From positions 508,527 through 572,526 of the forward strand of contig OZ242222.1 in the NCBI GenBank assembly GCA_965206765.1: a DNA stretch of 64,000 nucleotides, read 5' to 3'. Position numbers and translations under genes: made by a program. A model generated the notes under the pieces. The model saw nothing but the letters and a program-made list of their open reading frames with translations. It had not been told where the DNA came from and did not search any database. How positions within the stretch are numbered: position 1 is the first letter of the stretch; each line of letters opens with the position of its first letter. Below are positions 9,673-17,883 of the stretch, in pieces. The DNA is from Candidatus Multivorans sp. GTDB taxonomy: Bacteria; Acidobacteriota; Thermoanaerobaculia; Multivoradales; Multivoraceae.

Positions 9673-10217
9673 TTCGACGTGCGGGCCTGGATCAACCCGC
9701 GGCGGCTCGCTCCCGCCGCGCCCGGTCGCCGCCGAACCCGAGGTAGGAAACTGTGCGCCAGCATCAGCACGATGCCGACCGTCACGCCGCTGTCAGCGAC
9801 GTTGAAAGCCGGCCAGTGGTGCGTGCCGACGTAGAGGTCCAGGAAGTCCGTCACGGCGCGCAACAGAATGCGGTCGACCAGGTTGCCGACAGCCCCTCCG
9901 AGCACCAGGGCCAGGGCAAGCAGGAGGAGCGGCTCTTGCACGGATGTGCTGCGGAAGTACAGCGAGACGACGGTGAGCGCGGCGAAGCCGAGGGCCGTGA
10001 GCAGGAGCGTGCCCGCCACCTCGCGGCCGGCCGGGAACAGCCCGAAGGCGATGCCCGTGTTCTGGACGTGGACCAGGTCGAAGAAACCAGGCAGGACCGG
10101 CAGGCGTCCGTGGAGTTCGAGGGTGGTCTCGATCCACAACTTGCTCCACTGATCGAGCGCCAGCACGCCGGCGGAGAGGACGAGGCAGTTGGTCTTTCGG
10201 AGGCTGGTCGATTTCAC
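9669..10217 (-). CDS. lspA: signal peptidase II (lipoprotein signal peptidase)
   Basis: LDQWSKLWI, FDLVHVQNTGIAFG, GGAVGNLVDR and FNVADS motifs. GTG start at 10217 chosen. The upstream part of the 373-aa track ORF overlaps thiE out of frame. Confidence 0.8.
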   Translation of the reverse strand: MKSTSLRKTNCLVLSAGVLALDQWSKLWIETTLELHGRLPVLPGFFDLVHVQNTGIAFGLFPAGREVAGTLLLTALGFAALTVVSLYFRSTSVQEPLLLLALALVLGGAVGNLVDRILLRAVTDFLDLYVGTHHWPAFNVADSGVTVGIVLMLAHSFLPRVRRRPGAAGASRRGLIQARTSK

Positions 10218-10843
10218 GGGCGTGGGATGGTACCAGTCACGCGTGCCCACGCGCTTGCGAGAGCCGCTGCCGTGGCGGGTTCGGCAAAGGCTCGGATGGC
10301 GGCCACGCCGTGTGCGCCCGCGCGGGCCAGGAGAGCCGCGTTGCGGGAATCGACACCGCCCACGGCGAGGATCGGGAGAGCGCCCTGCGCCGCCCGCTGC
10401 AGTCTCTTCAGACCCTGCGGCGCACCGAACCGGAGCTTCTCCGGCGAAGCGAAGACAGGGCCGAAGAGGGCGTAGTCGACGCCGGCATCGACGGCAGCCT
10501 CGATTTCCCGCTGGCTGTGAGTCGACACACCGAGCAGCAGACCCCGTTCCCGGATCGCCGGGGCGACCTCGGCCCACGGTTGGTCCGACCGCAGGTGGAC
10601 GCCGTCGGCCCCACAGGAGACAGCCACTTCCAGATTGCCGTTGACGATCAGGAGGCCGGCAACGACGCTGCGCAGCGTGCGACCGATCTCGGTCAATGCG
10701 TCGGAGTCGAGGTCCTTCTCGCGGAGCTGGATCGCGGTTCCGGCCGGCAACGAGAGGGCCCATCGTTTCAGGGCGGATGCCCCGCCGCACAGGCGCCGGT
10801 CGCTGATGGCCAGCAGCGCCGGAACCTCGAGCCCCTGCTTCAC
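10214..10843 (-). CDS. thiE: thiamine-phosphate synthase
   Basis: LQLREKDLD, VNGNLEVAVSCGADGVHL, LLGVSTHS, DYALFGPVFAS and ILAVGGV motifs. Proposed GTG start at 10843 overlaps the upstream stop (GTGA). Confidence 0.75.
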   Translation of the reverse strand: MKQGLEVPALLAISDRRLCGGASALKRWALSLPAGTAIQLREKDLDSDALTEIGRTLRSVVAGLLIVNGNLEVAVSCGADGVHLRSDQPWAEVAPAIRERGLLLGVSTHSQREIEAAVDAGVDYALFGPVFASPEKLRFGAPQGLKRLQRAAQGALPILAVGGVDSRNAALLARAGAHGVAAIRAFAEPATAAALASAWARVTGTIPRP

Positions 10844-11142
10844 CCCGCTCGATCCGGTTCCGGGACCGGCCTTTCCGGGTTGCGCGGACGCCTGCCGAGC
10901 AGGATGCGTTCGAGGTCGTGGATGCCCCAGATGAGATGAACGAGCCCGAATCCCGTAACCGCGCCGCGGACCCACGGCAGCAGGAGGAACGCTCCCAGAT
11001 GCGCGTGCGAGAGCGCCGACCTGGTGACCAGCAGGTTCCAGAACTCCCGCCACGGCGCGATGACCAGGAACAGGCCCGCCTCGACGCAATAGATCACGAA
11101 CAGAACGCGAAGCAGGCTGGGCCAGGCGACACCCCAGCGCAT
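10840..11142 (-). CDS. hypothetical small membrane protein (~100 aa, 2-3 TM)
   Basis: Hydrophobic ORF starting MRWGVAWPSLLRVLFVIYCVEAGLFLVIAPW. First gene of a GTGA-coupled chain with thiE, lspA and rluD. I recognise no family. Confidence 0.45.
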   Translation of the reverse strand: MRWGVAWPSLLRVLFVIYCVEAGLFLVIAPWREFWNLLVTRSALSHAHLGAFLLLPWVRGAVTGFGLVHLIWGIHDLERILLGRRPRNPERPVPEPDRAG

Positions 11143-11208
11143 GGTCAGGAAGGAGACCTCATGGGAGACGCATTCTAGGAGGCTGCGCCCCAAAGCCGGG
11201 CGCGGAGA

Positions 11209-11241
11209 CCGGGTGCGCAGGCTGTTGCCCGGCGCACCCGG
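11209..11241 (-). terminator. strong GC hairpin downstream of the FecR-like gene (possible terminator, no U-tract)
   Basis: Perfect 10-bp stem ccgggtgcgc/gcgcacccgg with a 13-nt loop, 18 nt after the stop at 11259. Confidence 0.3.
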
Positions 11242-11258
11242 TGTTCCGCCGCTTCGCC

Positions 11259-13706
11259 TCAGCGCACGCGGGGCGGCGTGCGTCCGCCACTACTGGGTGG
11301 CGGCGACGATGGTTGCGACGCCGGTGGCGGCGACGACGAGCGCGGCGGCGGCGACGAACGCGGCGGCGGCGACGAACGCGGCGACGAACTCCGGGGCGTC
11401 GACCGCGTCCGCGGAGGTGGTGCGGAGCGCGGGCTCGAGGCTCTCGGCGGCGCGGACCGTGTGCGGGCCGGGGTGGACTTGGGCGTCGAGGCTCTCGGCG
11501 GCGCGGACCGTGTGCGGGCCGGGGTGGACTTGGGCGTCGAGGCTCTCGGCGGCGCGGACCGTGTGCGGGCCGGGGTGGACTTGGGCGTCGAGGCTCTCGG
11601 CGGCGCGGACCGTGTGCGGGCCGGGGTGGACTTGGGCGTCGAGGCTCTCGGCGGCGCGGACCGTGTGCGGGCCGGGGTGGACTTGGGCGTCGAAGCCCGC
11701 GGCGGTGCGGATCGTGTGCGGGCCGGGGTGGACTTGGGCGTCGAAGCCCGCGGCGGTGCGGATCGTGTGCGGCTCGGCGTTGCGCGCCGCGGTGTGCTGA
11801 CGCGGTCCGGCGCTCTGGACGAAGGAGTCGCCGTCCGGGGGGCACTCGGCACCGCGTCCCGCCCGCGGATCGCGTCGAGCACGCGGCGGGCTGGCGTCGG
11901 CCTCCGACTGCGATCGATCGTTCTTCCGCCGAACCGTGGCGCTGCCACGCGGGCCGGCGCCTTCTCGCCGGCGCTCCCAGGCGCTTCGACCGCGACCGCC
12001 GGCCTCGGGGCGGGCGCCGCCGTCAAACCACCGGCGCTGACGCGTGCGGGTTTCGGCGTTTCCGCTCGCCGGATCCCGGTAGCGGGCTCGGAGGCCTCCG
12101 CCGCATCGGTGGGGACCGAGCCGGCCCGCCGCGGTTGGCTGGTGGTTCTGACCTTGCCGCCGCTCACGCGCCGCACCTCGTCGGGGGCTGCCCGCCGAAT
12201 CGCGACTCCCGTGGCGGAACTTTGTCCGGCGCCCGACACCTGGGTTGTGGAACTACCCCTGACGCCCCCGGCCGTGACGCCGACCAGGCCTGGTCGGCTA
12301 GGACCGGAGGGGCCGCCGGTGACCGTGACGATCCCCGGCTCGGAGTCTTCCCTCGTGAGCCTCCTCTGGAGAGACTCGTGCAGATCCGTTCTGCGGGCGA
12401 CGAAGTCCGTGACGTCAGGGAGTTCGCTCTCGGAGAAGCCGCGGCGCTTTCCGAGGAGGACCTGCTGCGCGGCCTCAGGATTCCGCCAGTTTCGGTAGTC
12501 GATTCCGTTGGTGTCCGTCGTGATGATGCCGCGGGCAAGCTTCGGATGCCGCCGGCGCAGGGAGCGGCCGTATGTGTAGCCGCGACCGTACCCAAGGTAC
12601 CCCGACGGACAGAAGATCCAGGTGTTGAACGGATCCCAGAGGCCGCCGGCCCATCCGTAGAGACCCCACCTGAGGCCGTAGCCCAGACCCCCGTAGTGGC
12701 GCTGGTAGTAGCCGCGGGGGATCCAGCCGACATAGGACGGCCCCCAGTACCAGTACACGTGGCTGGGGGAGTAGATGGCGCTCGGGAACCAGAGCCAACC
12801 GTAGCCGGGATGCACGTTCCAACTGCCGTAGTGGTAGGTGAGCGGACCCCAGGGATCCCGAGCGACCCAGTACAGTCCGGCGGGCGTATTCGCCCAGCGG
12901 CCCCGGCTGTACGGCTGCCAGTCGTCTTCGACCTCGGGCTTCCAGGCCCGGCGATCCTCGACTTCGACCCATTGGCCATGACCGGTCAAGGCGGCGCCGT
13001 AGCTGTCTGCATCGACGGCCGCATAGGCCGCGAGCCGTGTACGGTGACTCTCCGTCCATTCATCCAACGATGCGGCAGCGACGCCGGGCCCGTTCTGGAG
13101 TTCGATCCAGGGATCGTCGAGACCCCGAATCAGGAGCGCTTCGCCACCGCGGACGATCACCGAACCCCGTTGGGTGACGACTTCGGCGAACCCGTCCAGC
13201 ACCGTGACTTCGGTCCAACTGTCGCCATCGCTCTCGACCTGGTAGCGGCCTTCCTGCTTGGCGTAGACCCTGGCGTTCGTCGTGTCGACCGCCGGCAGTT
13301 CCGAGTCCAGCAGGTGGTTGGCGACTTCCAGGCTGAGCCGGCCTTGGTGCAGGACGTAGAGGGAGTCCGCATCGTCGGCATCCGGTGAGCCGGCGATCTG
13401 GGCAAAGGTGACCTCACTGCCATGGTCGAGGGCCAGAATCGAGCGGTCGGACATCAGCACCGCCAGACGGCCGTACGGTCTCGTCCAGATTCGGTCCCCG
13501 CGCAGGACCGGCAGGTGGATCTCCAACTCGCTCTGAGCGCCCGAACGGGCCGCGAACAGGGTCGCGTCTCCGTCGAGCGCGCCGACCAGGCTGTAGACGC
13601 CGTCGAGTTGTCCTCGTTCCTGCTGTGCCGGTTGCTGTGCCTGCGTCGCGCCTGCGGCGCCGGCCGCGAGGACGACCAGGAGGGCTTGCGGGAGGGTGAG
13701 TCTCAT
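11259..13706 (-). CDS. secreted FecR-domain / DUF6600-like protein with a long basic Pro/Ser/Arg-rich C-terminal tandem-repeat tail
   Basis: Signal peptide MRLTLPQALLVVLAAGAAGATQAQQ. FecR-like segment (LPVLRGDRIWTRPYGRLAVLMSDRSILALDHGSEVTF). Trp/Tyr/Gly-rich block (YWVARDPWGPLTYHYGSWNVHPGYGWLWFP). The C-terminus has ~7 copies of a 17-aa unit (PRASTPKSTPARTRSAP). SD GGAGGA upstream. Confidence 0.7.
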   Translation of the reverse strand: MRLTLPQALLVVLAAGAAGATQAQQPAQQERGQLDGVYSLVGALDGDATLFAARSGAQSELEIHLPVLRGDRIWTRPYGRLAVLMSDRSILALDHGSEVTFAQIAGSPDADDADSLYVLHQGRLSLEVANHLLDSELPAVDTTNARVYAKQEGRYQVESDGDSWTEVTVLDGFAEVVTQRGSVIVRGGEALLIRGLDDPWIELQNGPGVAAASLDEWTESHRTRLAAYAAVDADSYGAALTGHGQWVEVEDRRAWKPEVEDDWQPYSRGRWANTPAGLYWVARDPWGPLTYHYGSWNVHPGYGWLWFPSAIYSPSHVYWYWGPSYVGWIPRGYYQRHYGGLGYGLRWGLYGWAGGLWDPFNTWIFCPSGYLGYGRGYTYGRSLRRRHPKLARGIITTDTNGIDYRNWRNPEAAQQVLLGKRRGFSESELPDVTDFVARRTDLHESLQRRLTREDSEPGIVTVTGGPSGPSRPGLVGVTAGGVRGSSTTQVSGAGQSSATGVAIRRAAPDEVRRVSGGKVRTTSQPRRAGSVPTDAAEASEPATGIRRAETPKPARVSAGGLTAAPAPRPAVAVEAPGSAGEKAPARVAAPRFGGRTIDRSRRPTPARRVLDAIRGRDAVPSAPRTATPSSRAPDRVSTPRRATPSRTRSAPPRASTPKSTPARTRSAPPRASTPKSTPARTRSAPPRASTPKSTPARTRSAPPRASTPKSTPARTRSAPPRASTPKSTPARTRSAPPRASTPKSTPARTRSAPPRASSPRSAPPPRTRSTPRSSSPRSSPPPRSSPPPRSSSPPPASQPSSPPPSSGGRTPPRVR
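11437..11793. repeat. 51-bp tandem repeat array (5 identical units, 1 variant, 1 partial variant) inside the CDS
   Basis: The unit gaggctctcggcggcgcggaccgtgtgcgggccggggtggacttgggcgtc starts at 11437, 11488, 11539, 11590 and 11641. Variant units start at 11692 and 11743. Confidence 0.95.
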
Positions 13707-14063
13707 CTTGTGTCCTCCAACGGGGTCGGAGTTTGCACGCTACCACCGGGGAGTCGGGCGCCGGACCCTGTTGGGCTCGACATCGTTGCGCGTGCTGTGC
13801 TGCAAGACGGTTGAGCAATCCCCGTGCCAGGAAAGCGGGCACGGTACTCCCCGTTGGACAGGGAGAGAGGCGGCCTCGAAGCCGCGCCGCCAGTCGCTCC
13901 GGGCGGGAGCACGACGGACCTTGCAGCGAGGGGTTGGGGCGACCGGCCGGGATGAACCGTAGCGGGAACGTCACACCAGTGTCTACTCGTGGGGACGGTG
14001 CGCAAGTCCGCGGCGGGCCTTCCCGTATGATCGGCGCCGGCGGTCGCGCCGTCTGGGAATCGC

Positions 14064-14594
14064 ATGTCCGTTCTTCCGATCCGGCTCTACCCGGACCCCG
14101 TGCTGCGGGTGCAGTGCGCACCGGTGGAGGAGTTCGGGCCTGATCTGAAACGCCTGGTAGCGGACATGATCGAGACCATGCATGAGGCGCCCGGAGTCGG
14201 CCTTGCCGCGCCCCAGGTCGGTGTCGAGCTACGCGTAGCAGTGGTCGATGCCACGGCCGGGATGGACCCCGACGCGGTGCGGGTCCTGGTGAACCCGCGG
14301 GTCGTCGACTCGGCTGGCGTGGACACGGATACGGAAGGCTGTCTTTCCATTCCCGACTTCACCGAGAAGGTCACGCGGCCGGCCAGTGTTCGCATCGCGG
14401 CCACCGACCTGGAGGGCCTTGCCTTCGAAATGGACGCGGAGAAACTCGAGGCGCGGGCGATTCAGCATGAGTTGGATCATCTGGACGGCGTGCTTTTCGT
14501 CGACCGGCTGCGCGGGCTGCGAAGACAGCGGGCCAGGAGCTTTCTCCGTCGGCTGCTCGCGAGCGAACCGGCTATAGCCGGCGGTGAGCGCTGA
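14064..14594 (+). CDS. def: peptide deformylase
   Basis: GVGLAAPQVG, EGCLSIP and HELDHLDG motifs; 176 aa. Confidence 0.92.
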   Translation: MSVLPIRLYPDPVLRVQCAPVEEFGPDLKRLVADMIETMHEAPGVGLAAPQVGVELRVAVVDATAGMDPDAVRVLVNPRVVDSAGVDTDTEGCLSIPDFTEKVTRPASVRIAATDLEGLAFEMDAEKLEARAIQHELDHLDGVLFVDRLRGLRRQRARSFLRRLLASEPAIAGGER

Positions 14595-14617
14595 GCGCTC
14601 CGGCAGGAAGGGCGCCG

Positions 14618-15133
14618 TTGCCTCTCATGGTACAGCGGGCAGCGCTCCTGGTGGCGCTGGGCCTCGTGGCCTGCGACAGTGGAGGAGGAAGCCCGACCGC
14701 ACCGACTTCTCCGGCGTCCCGGGGCGTCAGGTTTTCCGCGGAGCAGGTCGTGGACGCGTCGATCGGGCTGCGCGGCACGGTGCTGGGGAACTCGCTCGAG
14801 GTCGAGATCGTTGCCGCTGGCGTGGAAGGCCTCTACGGTCTGAGCTTCGAGCTCCTGTTCCCCGCCAATCTGCTGCGCTACGAGGACTCGGGCGCCGGGG
14901 CGTTCCCGAGCCTGCAGACTCGTGAGACCGCGCCGGGCCAGCTTCTCGTGGGCGCCACCCATTTCGGCGCAGTCGCCGGTCTGAGCGGAGGCGGTACGGT
15001 CGCCGTGGTCCGCTTCACGGCAGTCGCCAACGGCAGCGGGGACTTCGACTTCGCCGCGCAGGAGGCCTTCGACAGGTTCGGGGACCGGATCACCCTGAAC
15101 TGGGCGGGGGCCACGGTTCAGGTCGCTCTCTGA
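14618..15133 (+). CDS. hypothetical lipoprotein (cohesin-like beta-sandwich suspected)
   Basis: Lipobox LLVALGLVAC. TTG start 6 nt after AGGAAGGG. LEVEIVAAGVEGLYGLSFELLFPANLLRY resembles cohesin-type domains; the family assignment is weak. Confidence 0.5.
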   Translation: MPLMVQRAALLVALGLVACDSGGGSPTAPTSPASRGVRFSAEQVVDASIGLRGTVLGNSLEVEIVAAGVEGLYGLSFELLFPANLLRYEDSGAGAFPSLQTRETAPGQLLVGATHFGAVAGLSGGGTVAVVRFTAVANGSGDFDFAAQEAFDRFGDRITLNWAGATVQVAL

Positions 15134-15210
15134 GTCTGTCCGCTCGCTTTGTAGCGTCGCGGCGGCTGGACCACCCCGGTTGCCATTGCTACTGTCGCCG
15201 GTGCCATTCC

Positions 15211-15267
15211 GCGCGCCCGATGACGGGCGCGCGGATGGGTCGCGTGTGGCGCGAATCGCGCCACACG
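15211..15267 (+). promoter_or_regulatory. two consecutive perfect GC hairpins in the cysS upstream region
   Basis: gcgcgcccg-atga-cgggcgcgc (15211-15232, 9-bp stem) and cgtgtggcgcg-aat-cgcgccacacg (15243-15267, 11-bp stem). They lie 28 nt upstream of the cysS ATG. Confidence 0.35.
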
Positions 15268-15294
15268 GGTTCAAAGTGGCTTTGGAGTCGCTCA

Positions 15295-16764
15295 ATGGAA
15301 CCGGTGAAGCTCTACAACTCTCTCGGGCGACGGCTGGAGGAACTCGAGCCGCTCGAACCCGGTCACGTCCGGCTCTACACCTGCGGCCCGACCGTCTACG
15401 ACCGGGCCCACATCGGCAACCTGCGCACGTTCGTGTTCGAGGACGTGCTGCGGAGGGCGCTCAAGTTCTTCGGGTACCGGGTGACGCAGGCGATGAACCT
15501 GACCGATGTCGAGGACAAGATCATCGCCGCGGCGCTCGACGCGGGCGTCGACATCGGTGACTTCACGGCGCCCCATGTCACATCCTTCTTCGAGGACCTG
15601 TCCGCTCTTGGGATAGAGCAGGTTGAGCATTACCCGCGGGCCACGGCCCACATCGACGAGATGATTGCCATGGTCGAGCAGTTGCTGGAACAGGGCTACG
15701 CGTACCGGGCCGACGACTCGGTGTTCTTCCGCATTGCCGCCGACGCGGACTACGGGAAGCTGTCGGGCATCGACCTCGACCAGGTGCGGCGGGGAGCGCG
15801 CGTGCAGAGCGATGAGTACGGCAAGGAGGACGCCCGCGACTTCGTCCTCTGGAAGGGCGCCAAGGAGGGCGAGCCGGCGTGGGCGTCGCCCTGGGGTCCC
15901 GGACGTCCGGGGTGGCACATCGAGTGCTCGGCGATGAGCCAGAAGTACCTGGGCACCACCTTCGACATCCACTGCGGAGGCGTCGACAACCTGTTTCCGC
16001 ATCACGAGAACGAGATCGCCCAGAGTGAATCGGCGAACGGCAGTCCGCTGGCCCGCTACTGGCTCCACTCGGAGCACCTGACCGTCGATGGCGAGAAGAT
16101 GTCCAAGTCCCTCGGCAACTGCCACACGCTCGGCGATCTTCAGACGAAGGGACTGCCGGCCCGTTCGATCCGGTACCTGCTGATCTCGGTCCACTACCGG
16201 CAGCAACTCGACTTCACGTTCGCCAAGATCGCGGAGGCGGAGAGGGCTCTCAAGCGGGTTGACGACATGCGGTTCCGGCTCGCCCATGAGGCCGAGCAGG
16301 CCGGCAGCGCCGCGGGCACCTCGGCGGGCGGAACCGCGGCCGACCCGGCACCGCTCGAGGCGGCTGTGGCGGAGTTCGAGAGGGCCTTTGCCGTCGCTCT
16401 GGCCGACGATCTGAACACGTCCGCCGCCCTCGGCGCGGTGTTCCGGTTCGTGCACGACGTCAACGGGATCATCGACCGCGGTCTGCCGGCCGGCGCCAGG
16501 GACCGCGTGGAGGGCGCGCTGGAACGAGCCGATGAGGTGTTGGCGGTACTGGACGCCGGGGCCTGGGCAGGGGACTCCGGTTCCGCATCGGAAGAGGCGG
16601 ACGGCGGCCCGAGCGACGCGGAGATCGAGAGGTTGGTGGAAGCCAGGAGCGAGGCGAGAGCGGCGCGGGACTTCGCGGCTGCGGACCGCATCCGCGACGA
16701 ACTGGCGGCCGGCGGCGTGGTGGTTGAGGATGCTCCGGGCGGCAGCCGCTGGAAGCGGTCCTGA
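15295..16764 (+). CDS. cysS: cysteine--tRNA ligase
   Basis: Class I signatures HIGN and KMSKS. N-terminus MEPVKLYNSLGRRLEELEP. ATG 15295 chosen over the track start at 15220. Confidence 0.92.
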   Translation: MEPVKLYNSLGRRLEELEPLEPGHVRLYTCGPTVYDRAHIGNLRTFVFEDVLRRALKFFGYRVTQAMNLTDVEDKIIAAALDAGVDIGDFTAPHVTSFFEDLSALGIEQVEHYPRATAHIDEMIAMVEQLLEQGYAYRADDSVFFRIAADADYGKLSGIDLDQVRRGARVQSDEYGKEDARDFVLWKGAKEGEPAWASPWGPGRPGWHIECSAMSQKYLGTTFDIHCGGVDNLFPHHENEIAQSESANGSPLARYWLHSEHLTVDGEKMSKSLGNCHTLGDLQTKGLPARSIRYLLISVHYRQQLDFTFAKIAEAERALKRVDDMRFRLAHEAEQAGSAAGTSAGGTAADPAPLEAAVAEFERAFAVALADDLNTSAALGAVFRFVHDVNGIIDRGLPAGARDRVEGALERADEVLAVLDAGAWAGDSGSASEEADGGPSDAEIERLVEARSEARAARDFAAADRIRDELAAGGVVVEDAPGGSRWKRS

Positions 16765-16774
16765 ACGAGGCCGT

Positions 16775-17194
16775 GTGAGCAGCGGGCGAGCGGAAGGTGA
16801 ACCGCGCCTGAGCGGTGCGGAGGCGGAGCAGGCCGCGGCCGACCTGCTTCGGAAAAGGGGGCATCGGATCGTGGGGCGGAACGTCGACACCGTTGCCGGC
16901 GAACTGGACCTGGTCACGATGGACGGAGACACGCTCTGCTTCGTCGAGGTCAAGGCCCGCTTCGACCCGCGTTTCGGCGGCGCGGCCGCGGCGGTGGACC
17001 GTCGCAAGCGGCGGCGCCTGGTTCGGGCGGCCGAGGCCTACCTGAGCGACCCGGACCGGACGCCGCTGCGGCTCGGTCCGTGCCGCTTCGACGTCGTGGC
17101 GGCGACCTGGCAACCCGAACAGGGCGAGTGGCGGTTCACTCACTATCCCGACGCCTTCACCGTCGACGACACGGGCAGGCGAAGCTGGCTCTAG
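16775..17194 (+). CDS. yraN: YraN-family (UPF0102) endonuclease-like protein
   Basis: AEQAAADLLRKRGHRIVGRNV, GELDLV and FVEVKAR motifs. GTG 16775 chosen because the track ORF start at 16532 overlaps the end of cysS. Confidence 0.7.
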   Translation: MSSGRAEGEPRLSGAEAEQAAADLLRKRGHRIVGRNVDTVAGELDLVTMDGDTLCFVEVKARFDPRFGGAAAAVDRRKRRRLVRAAEAYLSDPDRTPLRLGPCRFDVVAATWQPEQGEWRFTHYPDAFTVDDTGRRSWL

Positions 17195-17227
17195 CAGCCC
17201 GTGGAACGCCCGCGGAGCGCCCGCGAG

Positions 17228-17257
17228 TTGACAGTCCCGGAGAGGGGGCCGTATCCT
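17228..17257 (+). promoter_or_regulatory. probable sigma-70 promoter of the tRNA Gly-Cys-Leu cluster
   Basis: Perfect -35 TTGACA (17228-17233), an 18-nt spacer, then TATCCT (17252-17257), ~45 nt upstream of tRNA-Gly. Confidence 0.45.
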
Positions 17258-17301
17258 CCGCGACTCAGAGCCTGCCGGTTGTCCGGCGGGTTCGCTCCGG
17301 C

Positions 17302-17376
17302 GCGGGAATAGCTCAGTGGTAGAGCACAACCTTGCCAAGGTTGGGGTCGCGGGTTCGAATCCCGTTTCCCGCTCCA
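17302..17376 (+). tRNA. tRNA-Gly (anticodon GCC)
   Basis: GCGGGAATAGCTCAGTGGTAGAGC..CAACC-TTGCCAA-GGTTG..GCGGGTTCGAATCCCGT..TTCCCGCTCCA. Confidence 0.92.
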
Positions 17377-17418
17377 TGCGAGCCGCGCCGCTCGAAAACC
17401 GGCGCCGAAGTCCCTCAG

Positions 17419-17493
17419 GGCGACGTGGCCAAGTGGTAAGGCGAGGGTCTGCAAAACCCTTATTCGCCGGTTCGAATCCGGCCGTCGCCTCCA
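17419..17493 (+). tRNA. tRNA-Cys (anticodon GCA)
   Basis: GGCGACG acceptor, anticodon arm AGGGT-CTGCAAA-ACCCT, T-arm GCCGG-TTCGAAT-CCGGC, encoded CCA. Confidence 0.9.
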
Positions 17494-17522
17494 GACTTCC
17501 TGCCTTTGACGAAGCGGCATAC

Positions 17523-17606
17523 GCCGGAGTGGCGGAACGGCAGACGCAGGGGACTTAAAATCCCCCGCCCGTGAAGGGCATGTGGGTTCGACTCCCACCT
17601 CCGGCA
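17523..17606 (+). tRNA. tRNA-Leu (anticodon TAA), type II with a long variable arm
   Basis: GCCGGAG acceptor, anticodon arm GGGGA-CTTAAAA-TCCCC, variable arm, T-arm GTGGG-TTCGACT-CCCAC, CTCCGGC-A. No encoded CCA. Confidence 0.9.
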
Positions 17607-17861
17607 CGCCGCTGCGGCAGTGAAATCGAGTTCCCAGTAGACGACCGTGATAGGCGCAAAGCCACAACAGTGCGAAACACGCGACTCGGTGAATCGAATC
17701 GCTGTTGAGCGCTGCCTCTTGTTGCGGTGTGAAGCAATGGGTGGGGACCGAAAATCCCCTGCTGGTTGGACGGCGTAGTCGAATAAGCTAGCTGCGCGCG
17801 GCCTCCACTGCATTGGGCGATCGCGGTCCAGGAAGACCTCAGCCTGAACGATCGCTGGGCT

Positions 17862-17883
17862 TCTCTCTCTCTCTCTCTCTCTC
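17862..17883. repeat. (TC)11 dinucleotide microsatellite
   Basis: tctctctctctctctctctctc read directly. On the minus strand it encodes RERERER near the 3' end of the TPR regulator ORF. Confidence 0.95.

Noticed and set aside
11143-11258. TPP riboswitch upstream of the thiE-containing operon, and a SAM riboswitch upstream of metK (53045-53145)
   Set aside because: Neither region shows the conserved cores (for example CUGAGA..ACCUGA for TPP). The first region contains only a simple terminator-like hairpin, and the second is too short.
11437-11793. Could the 51-bp repeat array be a CRISPR array?
   Set aside because: The units are directly tandem with no spacers. They lie in frame inside a CDS, and no cas genes are present.
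13707-14063. Possible gene or sRNA in the 357-bp FecR-like/def divergent spacer (several 88-235 aa ORFs; a 7-bp hairpin ccgtgcc..ggcacgg at ~13821-13845)
   Set aside because: The ORF translations are R/P/G-rich without motifs. The hairpin alone is insufficient. I found no promoter or terminator pair to define an sRNA.
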